NCBI GenBank assembly: GCA_964593165.1
Contig: CAZQGW010000052.1
Location: 1-5,346 of the forward strand
DNA length: 5,346 nt
From: an uncultured Candidatus Saccharimonas sp.
GTDB lineage: Bacteria > Patescibacteriota > Saccharimonadia > Saccharimonadales > Saccharimonadaceae
Direction of reading: 5' to 3'
The position numbers and the translations under genes were made by a program. The notes beneath the pieces are model-generated. The model ran no database searches and was not told the DNA's origin. It was given only the letters and a program-made list of their open reading frames with translations. Numbering within the stretch: position 1 is the first letter of the stretch; the number at the start of each line of letters is the position of its first letter. Positions 4,111 through 5,346 of the stretch are shown here, piece by piece.

Positions 4111-5346
4111 TTAAAGCACTTCAATCGTGCCATCTGCATGTCTTCTAAAATCTGCAGCAGCACTCGTAATCATAATTGCATCGTTTAGGTGATAGTAAGT
4201 ATGCTCAATTTGCGAAACACTTGTGCCGCACATGTCTGCTATTTGCCGAAAGTTTAGTCCGCTCATAACGCGCTGCGTTACCATAAAATGACGCAGGCTG
4301 TATGGGACTAAATCGCGCGTTGCACTGTCTGGGATATGAGCCAGATTCACCATATTGTGGAAGTGGTATAAAAGCGCACGTTCAGTTAATGGCGCCTCTC
4401 CGTCAATGCTAAAAACCAAAGAGCTGTGTGTATCTGGTTTTGTTAATGCGCGTAGCCTTGTAAAATATTCTCCTCCACGGCATAAAAATACTCTGCTCTT
4501 TCTAACCTTACTTGTTTGTGCACGCACGTTTATTCTGGCTAAAATATGTTCTTCTCCGCCAACAGTTCTATTCTCAACAGTTACATCATTCCAGCGTAAT
4601 TGTCGTTGTTCTCCAACGCGTAAGCCGCTATTTGCTGCAACCAATACATAGTAACGGACAATTTCGCGAATCAGCTTTTCATCTTTATCAATTTGATTGA
4701 TACGCAATGAACAGTAGGTGCGCATTGCAGTGACTAGTTGTTTGTATTCATCGTTTGTAAATGTTGCACGTCTTATTGCTTCGTTATTCGAATCAAATTT
4801 TGGCAACCTCGAAAAATCAAAGCTGTCAATCAGCGTCTCGCCATTCCTAAACAAAAACTTCACACATGCATTAATTGTGCTTTGCTCGTTCTGAACAGTA
4901 ACGGGCTTTATGTTTGCATCTTCCTGTGTGCGACTAAAATAATAACTCTCACAATCTGTGCGCTCTAGCTCTTTTAATTTCGCATCTCTCCCAATAAAGT
5001 CTAACCAATGTTGCAAATGCGTATTTATTGTTGAGTATCGTCCACTTACTATTACACCAGTTACCACATCCTGCTTCCTGCGTTCTAAATACTTATCTAC
5101 TCCTTGTTTCGTTGTTAATGAAAAGTATGTCTTGCCATTCAACAAGTTACCGTAAAGTTCAAGATAAGCACTTTTCCCTTTATCAATCGCTGTTGCTTCA
5201 CTTCGAGTATGCAGACTCTTTCTTGCGTATTTGTTTTCTTTTGCAAGCCACATCCTAAAGTGCCAGTATTCACCGCGCTTATAAATAACAGCGTCATCAA
5301 AAATCGCTATTTCGTCTGCTTTAAAGTTCTTCTTCTTTAACGCCAT
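4111..5346 (-). CDS. int: Full-length tyrosine integrase (phage or island type, about 411 aa). Its ATG coincides with the window edge.
   Basis: The ORF runs from ATG at 5344-5346 to TAA at 4111-4113. The upstream region is not visible, so the true start could lie further out. The C-terminal catalytic domain shows Arg in NSGLRVGEQRQLRWNDV, Lys in TSKVRKSRVF, an R-H pair in VPYSLRHFMVT (the usual first His is Tyr here), and the Tyr nucleophile in SQIEHTYYH. The roughly 200 N-terminal residues (GEYWHFRMWLAKENKYARKSLHT ...) look like arm-binding and core-binding domains. Confidence 0.9.
   Translation of the reverse strand: MALKKKNFKADEIAIFDDAVIYKRGEYWHFRMWLAKENKYARKSLHTRSEATAIDKGKSAYLELYGNLLNGKTYFSLTTKQGVDKYLERRKQDVVTGVIVSGRYSTINTHLQHWLDFIGRDAKLKELERTDCESYYFSRTQEDANIKPVTVQNEQSTINACVKFLFRNGETLIDSFDFSRLPKFDSNNEAIRRATFTNDEYKQLVTAMRTYCSLRINQIDKDEKLIREIVRYYVLVAANSGLRVGEQRQLRWNDVTVENRTVGGEEHILARINVRAQTSKVRKSRVFLCRGGEYFTRLRALTKPDTHSSLVFSIDGEAPLTERALLYHFHNMVNLAHIPDSATRDLVPYSLRHFMVTQRVMSGLNFRQIADMCGTSVSQIEHTYYHLNDAIMITSAAADFRRHADGTIEVL

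Larger units (their letters stand above)
1..5346. mobile_element. Part of an integrase-bearing integrative element (genomic island, satellite or IME-like). Neither boundary is visible in the window.
   Basis: There are three tyrosine-recombinase-family genes and an HUH-like gene in 5.3 kb, together with small hypothetical cargo genes. The integrase ATG sits at the right edge, so any att site or target gene would lie beyond 5346. This is inferred from gene content only. Confidence 0.5.

Noticed and set aside
4355-5258. Several 62-98-aa plus-strand ORFs (4355-4651, 4512-4700, 4738-4968, 4958-5155, 5028-5258)
   Set aside because: All are antisense to the 411-aa integrase ORF and overlap each other in different frames, so they are shadows.
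1-5346. A search for CRISPR arrays, tRNA or rRNA genes, and IS terminal inverted repeats
   Set aside because: There are no regularly spaced repeats, no cloverleaf-compatible segments with T-arm consensus, and no transposase-like ORF. Nothing supports such calls.

Overview
The window reads as the inside, and probably one end, of an integrase-bearing integrative element such as a genomic island, satellite or IME. By eye it is mid-40s % GC with a proteobacterial-looking gene structure; I did not compute the GC content. I support eight CDSs. (1) A full-length tyrosine integrase of about 411 aa (4111-5346, minus) has its ATG on the last three bases of the window. (2) A 191-aa tyrosine recombinase with only the catalytic domain (3500-4075, plus) has every catalytic residue readable and is built like a FimB/FimE-type invertase. 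(3) A small basic Q/K/A-rich ORF (3007-3219, minus) has no Shine-Dalgarno (SD) sequence and may be leaderless. (4) A 169-aa protein (2389-2898, minus) has the motif order of an HUH Rep/relaxase/Y1-transposase nuclease. (5) A 185-aa paralog of the mini-recombinase (1610-2167, minus) has lost the catalytic Lys, both His and the Tyr nucleophile. (6) A 149-aa hypothetical protein has an excellent RBS (1031-1480, minus). (7) A 98-aa protein has three predicted transmembrane (TM) helices (600-896, minus). (8) A convergent protein carries two CxxC motifs, a likely zinc ribbon (about 191-568, plus). I found no tRNA, rRNA, CRISPR array or transposase IS ends. The most unusual content is the 1610-4075 cassette. 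It combines an active mini-recombinase, a pseudo-recombinase paralog, a compact HUH-like protein and a small basic protein. Its intergenic DNA is unusually structured: a double-hairpin module bracketed by direct repeats at 2260-2400, a perfect 12-bp palindrome, a GC hairpin, and a divergent control region with nested inverted repeats. All functional calls come from motifs read by eye. No database search was run, and none should be assumed.
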